Part shown: in pieces, positions 8,883 through 18,098 of the stretch
How the letters are laid out: each line of letters begins with the position of its first letter
Position numbering within the stretch: position 1 is the first letter of the stretch
Origin: an uncultured Flammeovirgaceae bacterium
GTDB lineage: Bacteria; Bacteroidota; Bacteroidia; Cytophagales; Cyclobacteriaceae
DNA: 64,000 nucleotides
Direction: 5' to 3'
NCBI GenBank assembly: GCA_937883755.1
Contig: CAKZYA010000066.1
Span: 12,897-76,896, forward strand
The notes under the pieces: generated by a model
Seen by the model: the letters and a program-made list of their open reading frames with translations, nothing else
Told to the model about the DNA's origin: nothing
Databases searched by the model: none
Made by a program: the position numbers and the translations under genes

Positions 8883-10340
8883 TTACGCCAGTACACCTTT
8901 TACTAATTTGCCATGTACATCCGTCAGGCGATAACGTCTACCTTGGTGCTTGAAAGTGAGTCGTTCATGATCTACGCCAAGCAAGTGCAATAGCGTAGCC
9001 TGAAAGTCGTGGACATGTACTGGGTCTTTGACGATATTATAGCTGAACTCATCGGTTTCGCCGTAGGTGATACCAGGTTTGGTTCCGCCCCCGGCCATCC
9101 ACACCGTGAAACAACGGGGATGATGGTCTCGTCCATAGTTATCCGCCGTAAGCTGTCCTTGCGAATAATTCGTCCGACCAAATTCGCCACCCCAAACTAC
9201 CAAGGTATCGTCTAACAGTCCTCTCTGTTTTAAATCTTTAACCAAAGCAGCCGAAGCCCGGTCGGTATCGCGGCACTGAGAAGTAATCTCACGGGGCAAG
9301 TCAGTATGTTGATCCCAACCCAGATGATAAAGTTGAACAAACTTGACATCCCGTTCGGCCAAGCGGCGAGCTAATAAGCAATTGGCCGCGTAGGTTCCGG
9401 GTTTACGAGCTTCTTCACCGTACATCTCAAAAGTGCTATCTGGTTCATCGGATAAATCCAACGCATCGGGTACGGAAGTTTGCATGCGGTAAGCCATTTC
9501 GTACTGCGCAATCCGCGACTCAATTTCAGGATCGCCAAAATCCTGCAACCGCTTGGTATTAAGCTCATTCAGATGATCTAAAACGTCGCGACGGGTTTTA
9601 GCATCCATCCCCTCGGGATTATTCAAATATAAAACCGGGTCGCTACCCGCCCGAAACTGTACACCTTGGTGCAATGAGGCTAAAAATCCGTTGCCCCACA
9701 GTCGGGAGTAAATTGGCTGAGGTCGCTGGGCTCCTCGGGATAACAGTACAATAAATGTTGGTAAATTCTGATTATCGCTGCCCAAACCGTAGCTCAGCCA
9801 AGAACCAATACTCGGTCTACCTGGCTGCTGAGATCCGGTCTGGAAAAAGGTGATGGCGGGATCGTGGTTGATTGCTTCAGTGTGCATCGTTTTGATGTAG
9901 CACAGTTCATCAGCAATCTCGGCCGTATATGGCATCAGTTCACTTACCCAAGCCCCGCTTTGCCCATATTGGTTAAACTCAAATAGTGGTGCGGCCAGGG
10001 GAAAAGAAGACTGATTAGCTGTCATACCCGTCAGCCGCTGTTCACCGCGCACCGAAGCAGGCAGTTCTTCGCCGTGCATCTTCCGCAGCATAGGTTTGTG
10101 GTCAAACAGATCCATCTGAGAAGGCCCGCCACTCTGGAACAGATAAATAATACGCTTGGCTTTGGGAGCGATATGAAAATTATCCAGAATTCCGGCTTCT
10201 GATTGAGCATTTCCACCCAATCCGCTTTTAGAATTGCAACCGAGTAGGTTTCCCAAAGCCAAACTACCCACGCCCAGACTCAGGCGGGATAGAAAATGCC
10301 GACGGTTTAACTGATTAAAATGTTCACCTAAAATATCCAT
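8883..10340 (-). CDS. DUF1501 family protein (sulfatase/alkaline-phosphatase-like fold) with twin-arginine signal
   Basis: 485 aa. Tat motif NRRHFLSRLSLGVGSLALG. Characteristic DUF1501 C-terminus VVWGGEFGRT...GRDHHP...FTVWMAGGG. Confidence 0.85.
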   Translation of the reverse strand: MDILGEHFNQLNRRHFLSRLSLGVGSLALGNLLGCNSKSGLGGNAQSEAGILDNFHIAPKAKRIIYLFQSGGPSQMDLFDHKPMLRKMHGEELPASVRGEQRLTGMTANQSSFPLAAPLFEFNQYGQSGAWVSELMPYTAEIADELCYIKTMHTEAINHDPAITFFQTGSQQPGRPSIGSWLSYGLGSDNQNLPTFIVLLSRGAQRPQPIYSRLWGNGFLASLHQGVQFRAGSDPVLYLNNPEGMDAKTRRDVLDHLNELNTKRLQDFGDPEIESRIAQYEMAYRMQTSVPDALDLSDEPDSTFEMYGEEARKPGTYAANCLLARRLAERDVKFVQLYHLGWDQHTDLPREITSQCRDTDRASAALVKDLKQRGLLDDTLVVWGGEFGRTNYSQGQLTADNYGRDHHPRCFTVWMAGGGTKPGITYGETDEFSYNIVKDPVHVHDFQATLLHLLGVDHERLTFKHQGRRYRLTDVHGKLVKGVLA

Positions 10341-10346
10341 AATACT

Positions 10347-13300
10347 TTAACTTCTAAACTTAGCCTCGTCAAGATTGAACAAGGTGTTTGCTACGATAGT
10401 CATTGCCGCCAGATCAATGGTATTCAATTGTTCATCGCGAGGTGCCTCACCTACTCCTAGTAAGCTTTCAGCTTCTTGAATCTGCTTTTGATAGTAAGCC
10501 TGCTTTTCTTCGTACAAATTGAGTAAAATTTCTAGTTCATCCTCTGCCGGAGCCCGAGAAGTAACCGCTTGAAATCCGTAGGTAATTTGGTCTTCCAGTT
10601 TCGTTTGTCTCTCAGTCAACATCTTTTCAGCTAGCTTTCGGGCGGCCTCTACTAATTGAGGGTCATTCAGTAGAGCTAGCGACTGGAGAGGAGTGCTAGT
10701 ACTCTGTCGTTTCACTGCGCAGAGCGTGCGTTCGGGTGCATCAAACATTACCATCGTAGGTGGAGGAATAGTCCGTTTCCAGTAGGTATACAGACTTCGT
10801 CGGTATAGGCCTTCTCCCTGGCTCGGGCGGTATTTGTTTTCGCCAATTTGGTTTGCCATCGCTTTCCAGATTCCGGCCGGTTGGTAGGGCTTTACCCATT
10901 TACCACCAACGCTATCCACTAACAGACCACTTACGGCTAATGCGTTATCACGGAACATCTCCGCAGTAAGGCGAACATTGGGCCCTCGAGCCAGTAAAAG
11001 ATTCTCGGAGTCTCGCTGGTATTTTTTAGAATCAATTTCGGCGGACTGACGATACGTGGCAGACATTACAATGAGTTTTTGCAAGGCCTTTACATCCCAG
11101 CCCGACTCTCTAAATTCTACCGCCAACCAATCCAGTAGTTCAGGGTGGGTAGGCAAGCTTCCCTGGTTACCAAAGTCTTCGGGAGTGCGGACTAATCCCT
11201 TGCCAAAGTACATTTGCCAGAATCGATTTACCGCTACCCGTGCGGTAAGCGGGTTATCTTTATGAATTAACCACTGAGCTAAACCTAAACGATTTTGTGA
11301 AAACTGCTCACCGAACGCTAATAAAGCTTCTGGAGTACCAGGGGCTACTGGATCAGTAGGGGCATCGTAAGCTCCTCGAGCCAATATAAACGCCGGCTTT
11401 CGTTCTTCCCGCTCCTGCATCACCATTACGTTAGGAATACTAACATCGGTGGCTCGAAGGTCAGCGAGCTTTTTACTTATTGTCCGAAAATCCTGATTAA
11501 CATTTGTCAAATAATGGCGGTAGAGATTTTCTTCTGAAGTGTTGAGCGACGTTTCAGCCAGTGCCTGAACTTCTAGCGGACTGAGGGTTCGATAATACAA
11601 GCGCACTTCATCGATGGTGCCTCCAGCAAAACCGTAGGTGTCGGTAGAACGAGCTCGGTGATTCCAATGACCAACCAGAAAAGTGTTACCGTTCAAAATA
11701 GGGTTTCTGCCCAGATTATCTTGCTGCACGGTAAGCGGTTGGGCTTTTCCATCAACATACAATTTTACTCCGGATGCTTTCCCCGAACCATCGTAGGTAG
11801 CAAATACGTGTGCCCATTGCTGTGGATTGATCCGTGCTTTAGTTGTTACTTCTATATACTTCTGCCCTTCGTGATGGATTAAGCGCAAACTTAAGCGATT
11901 GTCCGTAGTCAACGTTAAATCATAGCCTTGCCGCTGAATCTCCCCGTTACGTCGGCTGAATAATCCCGAGCGTTTTTCATGTTGGTTAGTATGACGAATC
12001 CATCCACCGAAAGAGAAATGATCGTAGTGATCAAAATCGCCAATGTCGCCTAGTGTCAGAAAGTTTGAGCCATCGAACTGTAAACCCTTTTCTTTTTTAG
12101 CAGAGATGTGTTTAGGCAACGCGATTTTGGTAGGAAGTGCTACGTTCATTCGAGCGGGCAACACACCGTCGCTACTCAGAAATTCTTCGTTTTCTAGCAC
12201 ATCCAGTTCAAAGTGAGCGACCAGTTTGTTCTCGGTATTTATGGTTTCATCAACTGAGGTGCTGGCTAGCCACTTTTTGAAAGAATCGTCAGGTGTCTTC
12301 TCTATTCGCTGTAGTTTTTCCTCCAATGCTAAAATCGTAGAATCTACGAAAGCTTTCTTCGCTTCCAGTTCGGCGTTCTGCACCCGCATGGTTGGCTCAG
12401 GCGATTGGTCGAGGTAATTGATCTGTCCTCGCTCCGGCACATTATTGAAGAAGGCTAATAACTGATAATACTCCTTCTGAGAAATGGGGTCGTACTTATG
12501 ATCGTGACAACGAGCGCACTCTACTGTAAGCCCCAGAAAAGCAGTAGAAAATGTATTTGTCCGGTCAGCGGCATATTCGGTTAGGTACTCTTCTTCAATT
12601 ACTCCGCCTTCTTGCGTGATGGCATGATTACGGTTAAATCCAGTGGCGAGTTTCTGTTCATAAGTAGCATCAGGCAGTAAGTCGCCCGCCAGTTGCCAGG
12701 TTACGAACTGATCGTAGGGAAGGTTTTTATTGAAGGCTTTAACCACCCAATCGCGCCAGGGCCACATGGTTCGGGGGCGATCGTCTTGATAACCGTGAGA
12801 GTCCGCGTAACGAGAAGCATCCAGCCAAGTGGGCGCCATTCGTTCTCCGTAATGGGGCGATGCCAACAGGCGATCTACTACTTTTTCGTAAGCCTGCGGT
12901 GAATCATCTTCTAAGAATTGGCTGATTTCTTCGGGAGTTGGGGGCAACCCGGTTAAATCAAAGGTAACTCGGCGTAGCAATTTCTCTTTGCTTGCTTCGG
13001 GTTCAGGTTTCAGCCCTTCTTGTTCCAAGCGAGCCAATACGAACTGATCAATTGCATTATTAGCCCAATCAGCTTCTTTGACCTTTGGTAATTCTGGGCG
13101 TACTGGTGGAGTAAACGACCAGTGAGGTTTGTATTCAGCACCCTGTTCAATCCACTTCTTGAGTACTTCTTTCTCGTATTCGGTCAGCACCAAATTAGAT
13201 TCGGGCGGAGGCATCACTTCATCAGGGTCATCCGAAATGACTCTTTGATAAGCTACACTCTTTACCAAATCACCGGGTACAATAGCGTGACCGTCACTTT

Positions 13301-13529
13301 CGGTTAAAGCCGCGAAAGCACCTTCTGGTGTATCTAACCGAAGGTCAGCCTCCTGATGATTCTGATCGGGCCCGTGGCAGGCAAAACAACGGTCAGAAAG
13401 AATGGGTTTGACGTGAAAATTGAAGTCTGGTTCCTCGGGAACAGGTTCTACCTTACTTGAAGATAATTCGGTGCTTTGCTGACAAGCTGCTAAGTAGAGT
13501 AATAAACTAAGTAGAATGATTTTGTACAT
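10347..13529 (-). CDS. Large lipoprotein with PSCyt1 (CxxCH cytochrome-c-like), DUF1549, LamG-like and DUF1553 (PSD1) domains
   Basis: 1060 aa. Lipobox LLYLAAC. Heme-type motif RCFACHGPD. DUF1549-like IDQFVLARLEQEGLKP...LLRRVTFDLTGLPPTPEEI. Conserved CARCHDHKYDP. LamG-like insert (LQFDGSNFLTLGD...FSFGGWIRH...IDEVRLYYRTLSPLEV). DUF1553-like NPLTARVAVNRFWQMYFGKGLV. It lies 6 nt upstream of the DUF1501 gene. Confidence 0.85.
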   Translation of the reverse strand: MYKIILLSLLLYLAACQQSTELSSSKVEPVPEEPDFNFHVKPILSDRCFACHGPDQNHQEADLRLDTPEGAFAALTESDGHAIVPGDLVKSVAYQRVISDDPDEVMPPPESNLVLTEYEKEVLKKWIEQGAEYKPHWSFTPPVRPELPKVKEADWANNAIDQFVLARLEQEGLKPEPEASKEKLLRRVTFDLTGLPPTPEEISQFLEDDSPQAYEKVVDRLLASPHYGERMAPTWLDASRYADSHGYQDDRPRTMWPWRDWVVKAFNKNLPYDQFVTWQLAGDLLPDATYEQKLATGFNRNHAITQEGGVIEEEYLTEYAADRTNTFSTAFLGLTVECARCHDHKYDPISQKEYYQLLAFFNNVPERGQINYLDQSPEPTMRVQNAELEAKKAFVDSTILALEEKLQRIEKTPDDSFKKWLASTSVDETINTENKLVAHFELDVLENEEFLSSDGVLPARMNVALPTKIALPKHISAKKEKGLQFDGSNFLTLGDIGDFDHYDHFSFGGWIRHTNQHEKRSGLFSRRNGEIQRQGYDLTLTTDNRLSLRLIHHEGQKYIEVTTKARINPQQWAHVFATYDGSGKASGVKLYVDGKAQPLTVQQDNLGRNPILNGNTFLVGHWNHRARSTDTYGFAGGTIDEVRLYYRTLSPLEVQALAETSLNTSEENLYRHYLTNVNQDFRTISKKLADLRATDVSIPNVMVMQEREERKPAFILARGAYDAPTDPVAPGTPEALLAFGEQFSQNRLGLAQWLIHKDNPLTARVAVNRFWQMYFGKGLVRTPEDFGNQGSLPTHPELLDWLAVEFRESGWDVKALQKLIVMSATYRQSAEIDSKKYQRDSENLLLARGPNVRLTAEMFRDNALAVSGLLVDSVGGKWVKPYQPAGIWKAMANQIGENKYRPSQGEGLYRRSLYTYWKRTIPPPTMVMFDAPERTLCAVKRQSTSTPLQSLALLNDPQLVEAARKLAEKMLTERQTKLEDQITYGFQAVTSRAPAEDELEILLNLYEEKQAYYQKQIQEAESLLGVGEAPRDEQLNTIDLAAMTIVANTLFNLDEAKFRS

Positions 13530-13600
13530 AACTCAATGACTTCTTTTCAAGATAAGAAAAGATCGTTAGTTGCGTAAATCAAAAAAGAAATAACCAAGAA

Positions 13601-15274
13601 TTACTGAGCAGAAGCTAGCCCCAATACATCCAATCCCTGCTCAAAGGTGACATCTACCGGAATGCTTTGTTCGGATAAGCGATCTAGGTCGGCCTGTAAC
13701 TGAGGACTGATCTTTCCTTTTTCGGCTACTAGCTGAGCGACTCCATCGTAGTCACCATCACCTTGTAAGGTAAGAATGTCTCTGGATAGATCGTTCATGG
13801 CCTGCTGCATCTGATCGTAGTTTACCCGGTAGGTGCCGGTCTCAGAATCGCGTTCGAAAGCGCCTTTTTCCTGGAAATAGCTAAACCGAATCATATTGGC
13901 CTTGCCGTGGGCACTAGACGCACCAAAGCGCACCGAGCGAAAGATGCTGGCTAGAAAGGTAGTGTAAAACTCTTTCAAATCGCCTTCCAGTTCCCCGGCT
14001 TCGTGCAGTTGAGTCACCATGTACAAACCTAGTACATCGGCTTTTCCTTCTTCCAGGGCGGAAGCGTGTTCCTTCAAAGCTTCTCGAACCGTGCCTTGGC
14101 CATTGATGGTATTCTTAATGCCCAAACCGTGCGCCACTTCGTGGAACATAGTGTTAGCGAAGAAGGCATCAAAGGTGATATACTGTCGTTGTTCAGCATC
14201 AATCAGAACTTCCGCCAGAGGAACTAAGATTTCGTCGTACTTGGCGCGCATAGCGTTTTTCAGTTGCAACCGGCGAGTTCCTTTTTTTAACTGCACTTCT
14301 TCGTCGTTAGGAAGATTAATAGCTATGGTTTTGCTACCGGCATTGCAGTCGCCAGCGTAATACACTACATCGTAAGCGTTTAGCTCGGCATCACTACCGG
14401 GTTGTTCTTGTTTATAAGATTCATCTACTGGTAAGCCTTCCTGCAATTGCGGTAGAAACTGGGCGTACTTCGCCAGCCGCTGGCTCCACTCCTGATCTTT
14501 AATCAAAATGTAGGCTTCGTGGGCAGCTTTGTAGCCAAATAGCTGGTCTTCGTAGGTTTCAATCGGCCCGATGACTACATCAATGGCGTTATTTTTCATA
14601 TCCATCCAGGCCAAATCACTCGCCTGATAGTCATCAGATAGTAGAGCTTTGGAACGTAACTCTAAGTACGTTTTAAAATCCGGATCTTCGGCTAGCTTAG
14701 CAGCTTGCTCCAGTAAATCGGAAGCTCGTTGTACTTCTTCGGCAAACATTTCGTGGTAGGGAACGCTGATTAGTTCGCTGCTTTCGTTACGCCGAACGAA
14801 AGTATATAAACTCGCTTTATCGGCTAAGTCAACCTGCTCAAATTCCTCTTTGGTCATATCAGCCGGATAGAAATTAGCCCCGGCAGGTTTCGATCCCACG
14901 CCTTCTACAAAAGGCTCATTGTTATCCAGCCGATCCCAGGGACCGTAGTTGATATTGATGTATTTTTCTAAACCAGTATCGGTTACAGTATCCAGCAGGC
15001 TACCCTGCTGACCATAGGCTTCGTACCAGAATAAATCATTCATAATATCCGCCGCTTCAATCAGCAGCGAGATCATTTGCTGTTGGTTATCGGAAAGATG
15101 ATCGAGTGAGGCTTCCAACCGAACGTTGGTGTATTTATCTAACTTTTCATCAATAGCAGGAATGTTAGCATTGGTAGTGGATTCTTCAGCAGAAGATGAA
15201 TCGGAGGGAGAGTTACAACTTGCCAGTAGAAGGAGGCAGCAGTTAGTGATGATAGTAGCAAGTAGCAGACGCAT
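13601..15274 (-). CDS. Exported Zn-metallopeptidase of the M49 (dipeptidyl-peptidase III-like) family, pentapeptide HExxH subgroup
   Basis: 557 aa. Lipoprotein signal LLLLASCNS. Zinc motifs FHEVAHGLG and, downstream, ALEEGKADVLG (EExKAD is the second M49 motif). The family assignment is from memory of these motifs. Confidence 0.6.
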   Translation of the reverse strand: MRLLLATIITNCCLLLLASCNSPSDSSSAEESTTNANIPAIDEKLDKYTNVRLEASLDHLSDNQQQMISLLIEAADIMNDLFWYEAYGQQGSLLDTVTDTGLEKYININYGPWDRLDNNEPFVEGVGSKPAGANFYPADMTKEEFEQVDLADKASLYTFVRRNESSELISVPYHEMFAEEVQRASDLLEQAAKLAEDPDFKTYLELRSKALLSDDYQASDLAWMDMKNNAIDVVIGPIETYEDQLFGYKAAHEAYILIKDQEWSQRLAKYAQFLPQLQEGLPVDESYKQEQPGSDAELNAYDVVYYAGDCNAGSKTIAINLPNDEEVQLKKGTRRLQLKNAMRAKYDEILVPLAEVLIDAEQRQYITFDAFFANTMFHEVAHGLGIKNTINGQGTVREALKEHASALEEGKADVLGLYMVTQLHEAGELEGDLKEFYTTFLASIFRSVRFGASSAHGKANMIRFSYFQEKGAFERDSETGTYRVNYDQMQQAMNDLSRDILTLQGDGDYDGVAQLVAEKGKISPQLQADLDRLSEQSIPVDVTFEQGLDVLGLASAQ

Positions 15275-15513
15275 AACACAATTAGGTTGAGTTGAAGATA
15301 GTTAATCAAAGCTACGCAAAAAGTTAGAAGTCACTCGTGAACAACTTAGTAAATACGAAAATCTATCCTTAAAAGACAGATCGAATATACATTTAGAAGA
15401 AGTACTTTTTTGTAACGGCAGGGTTCAGCCGGTTATGGAGGCTATATTTATTTTGTGCCTTAAGTAAAGCCCCTTTCTCACAAGGGAACTTTACTAAGGA
15501 CTTGTGAAAATAG

Positions 15514-16116
15514 CTACGGGCTATTTCCAGTAAGTAAACGATGAATGAAGAATTGTTCATCACAAACATCATACAGAAGCAGTTGGTGAACCTTAATACC
15601 ATCGTCCAGTTCTTTTAAGAAATTGTAGTCATCAGTAAATGTTTTCCTAAGATTATTTTTACTAAACCAATATATAGTACTATCTAAGTTTTTGCTGAAG
15701 TAATATTTTCGATAGAATTTTCCGATACCTCGGTATATTGTAATAGAACCAGTAGCCAGAATCTGATAAACTTGTTTATTGAATACACGAAACTTATATT
15801 CTCCTGTTTTAAACCCCCAAATACTATCTAGAGAGATTTTAGTCTTAGTCTCAGATGTTTTCATGCTAATGCTTGAAGTGGATAAAAACCCTGTTATGTG
15901 TATTTTAGTGTTAGCATCTCCAATGCACTCTCCTTGTTGTGTGCGGTAAGTATAGGCACTGTCATATATTCTACAGACACATTGATCATCTGTACCATGA
16001 ACCGGCGAGAAATTACCTGCAAAAAATGAAGCCATAGCCTTGTTGCCTAAAGCTAATAGTAGCATGGTAACGACAATCAACCATGTTAGCTTCGCAGGTA
16101 AAAACTTGTATAGCAT
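15514..16116 (-). CDS. Hypothetical secreted protein
   Basis: ORF 15514..16152. The internal ATG at 16116 yields a signal peptide MLYKFLPAKLTWLIVVTMLLLALGNKAMA. AT-rich, with no recognisable family. Confidence 0.4.
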   Translation of the reverse strand: MLYKFLPAKLTWLIVVTMLLLALGNKAMASFFAGNFSPVHGTDDQCVCRIYDSAYTYRTQQGECIGDANTKIHITGFLSTSSISMKTSETKTKISLDSIWGFKTGEYKFRVFNKQVYQILATGSITIYRGIGKFYRKYYFSKNLDSTIYWFSKNNLRKTFTDDYNFLKELDDGIKVHQLLLYDVCDEQFFIHRLLTGNSP

Positions 16117-16167
16117 ATTATTAATTAAATAATCTCCAGAGGCTCTGATCAAGTTAACTCTTGCCTA

Positions 16168-17034
16168 TCAGTGAGCTTTGTTTCGGTGGCGAGGTTCATA
16201 AATAAGGCGAACAAATGCGCTTAGCCTTTCTCTTTCTTTAGATATAGGAATACCCGGCACAATACCTACCATCAAACTATTGTTAATAACCAGACGCATC
16301 TGAGGACGCATAACCATCTCAAAATCATTATTTTCTATTCGTTTATTAATTTCTAATCCTACGAAGTTGCGAGTACCAGGTATCATATAGTGGAAGTTAG
16401 AATTAATCTCATACCCAATATCTAAGTGGGATGTGCCAAAATGTGTAGTTATTCTTGGGCCGGTATACAGCAGCGTATGAAAATTGTTAGGCCAGCGTTT
16501 GGCTGCTATAAAAAACGGATTATATAGAATTCCTTGGAAGATTGACCTACGGCTAATCTTATTTAGATCAGTGAATTCTAATTCAGTTATCCCTCCAATG
16601 GCTAGAGAGGTTTGCAGCTCCTCAGCGACTAAAAAAGTGTACTGAGCAGCCATTTTTAGACTCTCAATACGATCTGACGGTTTTTTTCCAATGGCGGGAC
16701 CGTTAGCGTCTATTTGACCGTTTGCAATTAGAGACTCGCCACTTATCCCAGTGAAAATAGTCACTGGAACTTCTATTTCTAACCCCAAACGATTGATTGG
16801 TGCCCATTCGTATTCAACTAGAAACTCATAGCTATCATAGGAAAGTCGGTCAGTCATTCCCATACCTACGTTCCACTCTTTTTCACCTTTTCGGGCTCCT
16901 AGGTCGCGAATAAGATCAATGTATAAAGGCTCCGCATGCAATACTTTAGCACGTATTTCATCTGTGGAATCGGTCGGAGTTATTACCGGCGAGAAATAAT
17001 CTAAACTTAAACAGAGTAGAGAAATAAGATACAT
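16168..17034 (-). CDS. Hypothetical envelope protein, possibly an outer-membrane beta-barrel
   Basis: 288 aa with a short hydrophobic N-terminus and alternating-polarity segments. Ends in an aromatic-rich stretch followed by a basic tail. No confident family call. Confidence 0.4.
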   Translation of the reverse strand: MYLISLLCLSLDYFSPVITPTDSTDEIRAKVLHAEPLYIDLIRDLGARKGEKEWNVGMGMTDRLSYDSYEFLVEYEWAPINRLGLEIEVPVTIFTGISGESLIANGQIDANGPAIGKKPSDRIESLKMAAQYTFLVAEELQTSLAIGGITELEFTDLNKISRRSIFQGILYNPFFIAAKRWPNNFHTLLYTGPRITTHFGTSHLDIGYEINSNFHYMIPGTRNFVGLEINKRIENNDFEMVMRPQMRLVINNSLMVGIVPGIPISKERERLSAFVRLIYEPRHRNKAH

Positions 17035-17413
17035 AAATAGTATTGATGAACGTACTGAAGATCGTTACGTCTTTCTCAGTCTAGAAACGAGGCGGGGATT
17101 AAGCAGTGATTAAAACGAAATGAAAATTTTATTAAAAAAGGAATAAAGTAGCCTAAGCATAGATATTGAAAGAAGATCTATTCTATCGTGAGCTGAGTAT
17201 CAAAAAATTAAAATATCATTAAAACTACTTTCCTTCTTAAGTATTCCTAATTCTCAATCGTTATAAAAATAATGATACAATCAGTATGCTGGATTTATTG
17301 TGGCGAATCTACTTATATGTTATCTGCATAAAAGAAAGGTAGAATGATCACTTTTCAGCCTTATATATGTCAAAGTGGCAAGTTAAGACTCATTAAGACG
17401 TTAATAGAAACAT

Positions 17414-18094
17414 ATGAAAATTCTACTGATAGAAGACGAGCCAGAAGTTGCTTCGCTGATAGAGAGGAGTTTAAATGAATACGGACACATAGTCCATACC
17501 ATTAGTAACGGTAGAGAGGGTATTGCCAACGTTCAAAAAGGGGCGTTTGATATAATTATTCTCGATGTTATGCTACCAGACATTACCGGATGGAAGGTTT
17601 GTAAAGAAATTAGATCTATAAACCAACGCATACCTATTCTAATGCTTACTGCTTTAAACAGTTTAGAAAATATTGTGCAAGGTTTAGAATTAGGGGCAGA
17701 TGACTATTTAGCGAAACCCTTTCGTATAAAGGAGTTGGTAGCCCGACTCCAAGCCTTACACAGAAGGAACGATTTGCCTACTATCCATGAAGATATTTTG
17801 GAGTACGAAGATATATTAGTAAACCTAGAGGAGCAGACTGTAAAACGAGCTGGTAATCCTATTAAATTGACGACCAAAGAATTTTTTTTATTAGTTTACT
17901 TTATGCGTAACCCTCGGCGGGTACTTTCTCGAAATAGTATTCTGGAAAATGTTTGGGGGATTAACTTTGATCCAGAGACCAATGTGGTAGATGTATTTGT
18001 CAACTATCTACGTAACAAAATTGATAAACCTTATCAGGAAAAACTTATTCACACTGTCTTCGGTATAGGTTACGTACTTAAAAAGGAAGCATAG
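17414..18094 (+). CDS. OmpR-family two-component response regulator
   Basis: 226 aa. Receiver domain (MKILLIEDE...IILDVMLPDITGW...ADDYLAKPF) and winged-helix output (LTTKEFFLLVYFMRNPRRVLSRNSILENVWG). Confidence 0.9.
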   Translation: MKILLIEDEPEVASLIERSLNEYGHIVHTISNGREGIANVQKGAFDIIILDVMLPDITGWKVCKEIRSINQRIPILMLTALNSLENIVQGLELGADDYLAKPFRIKELVARLQALHRRNDLPTIHEDILEYEDILVNLEEQTVKRAGNPIKLTTKEFFLLVYFMRNPRRVLSRNSILENVWGINFDPETNVVDVFVNYLRNKIDKPYQEKLIHTVFGIGYVLKKEA

Positions 18095-18098
18095 AGTA

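Noticed and set aside
15393-15602. 69-aa minus-strand ORF overlapping the 3' end of 15514..16116.
   Set aside because: It overlaps a longer ORF in another frame, has no signal or motif, and lies in an AT-rich region prone to spurious ORFs.
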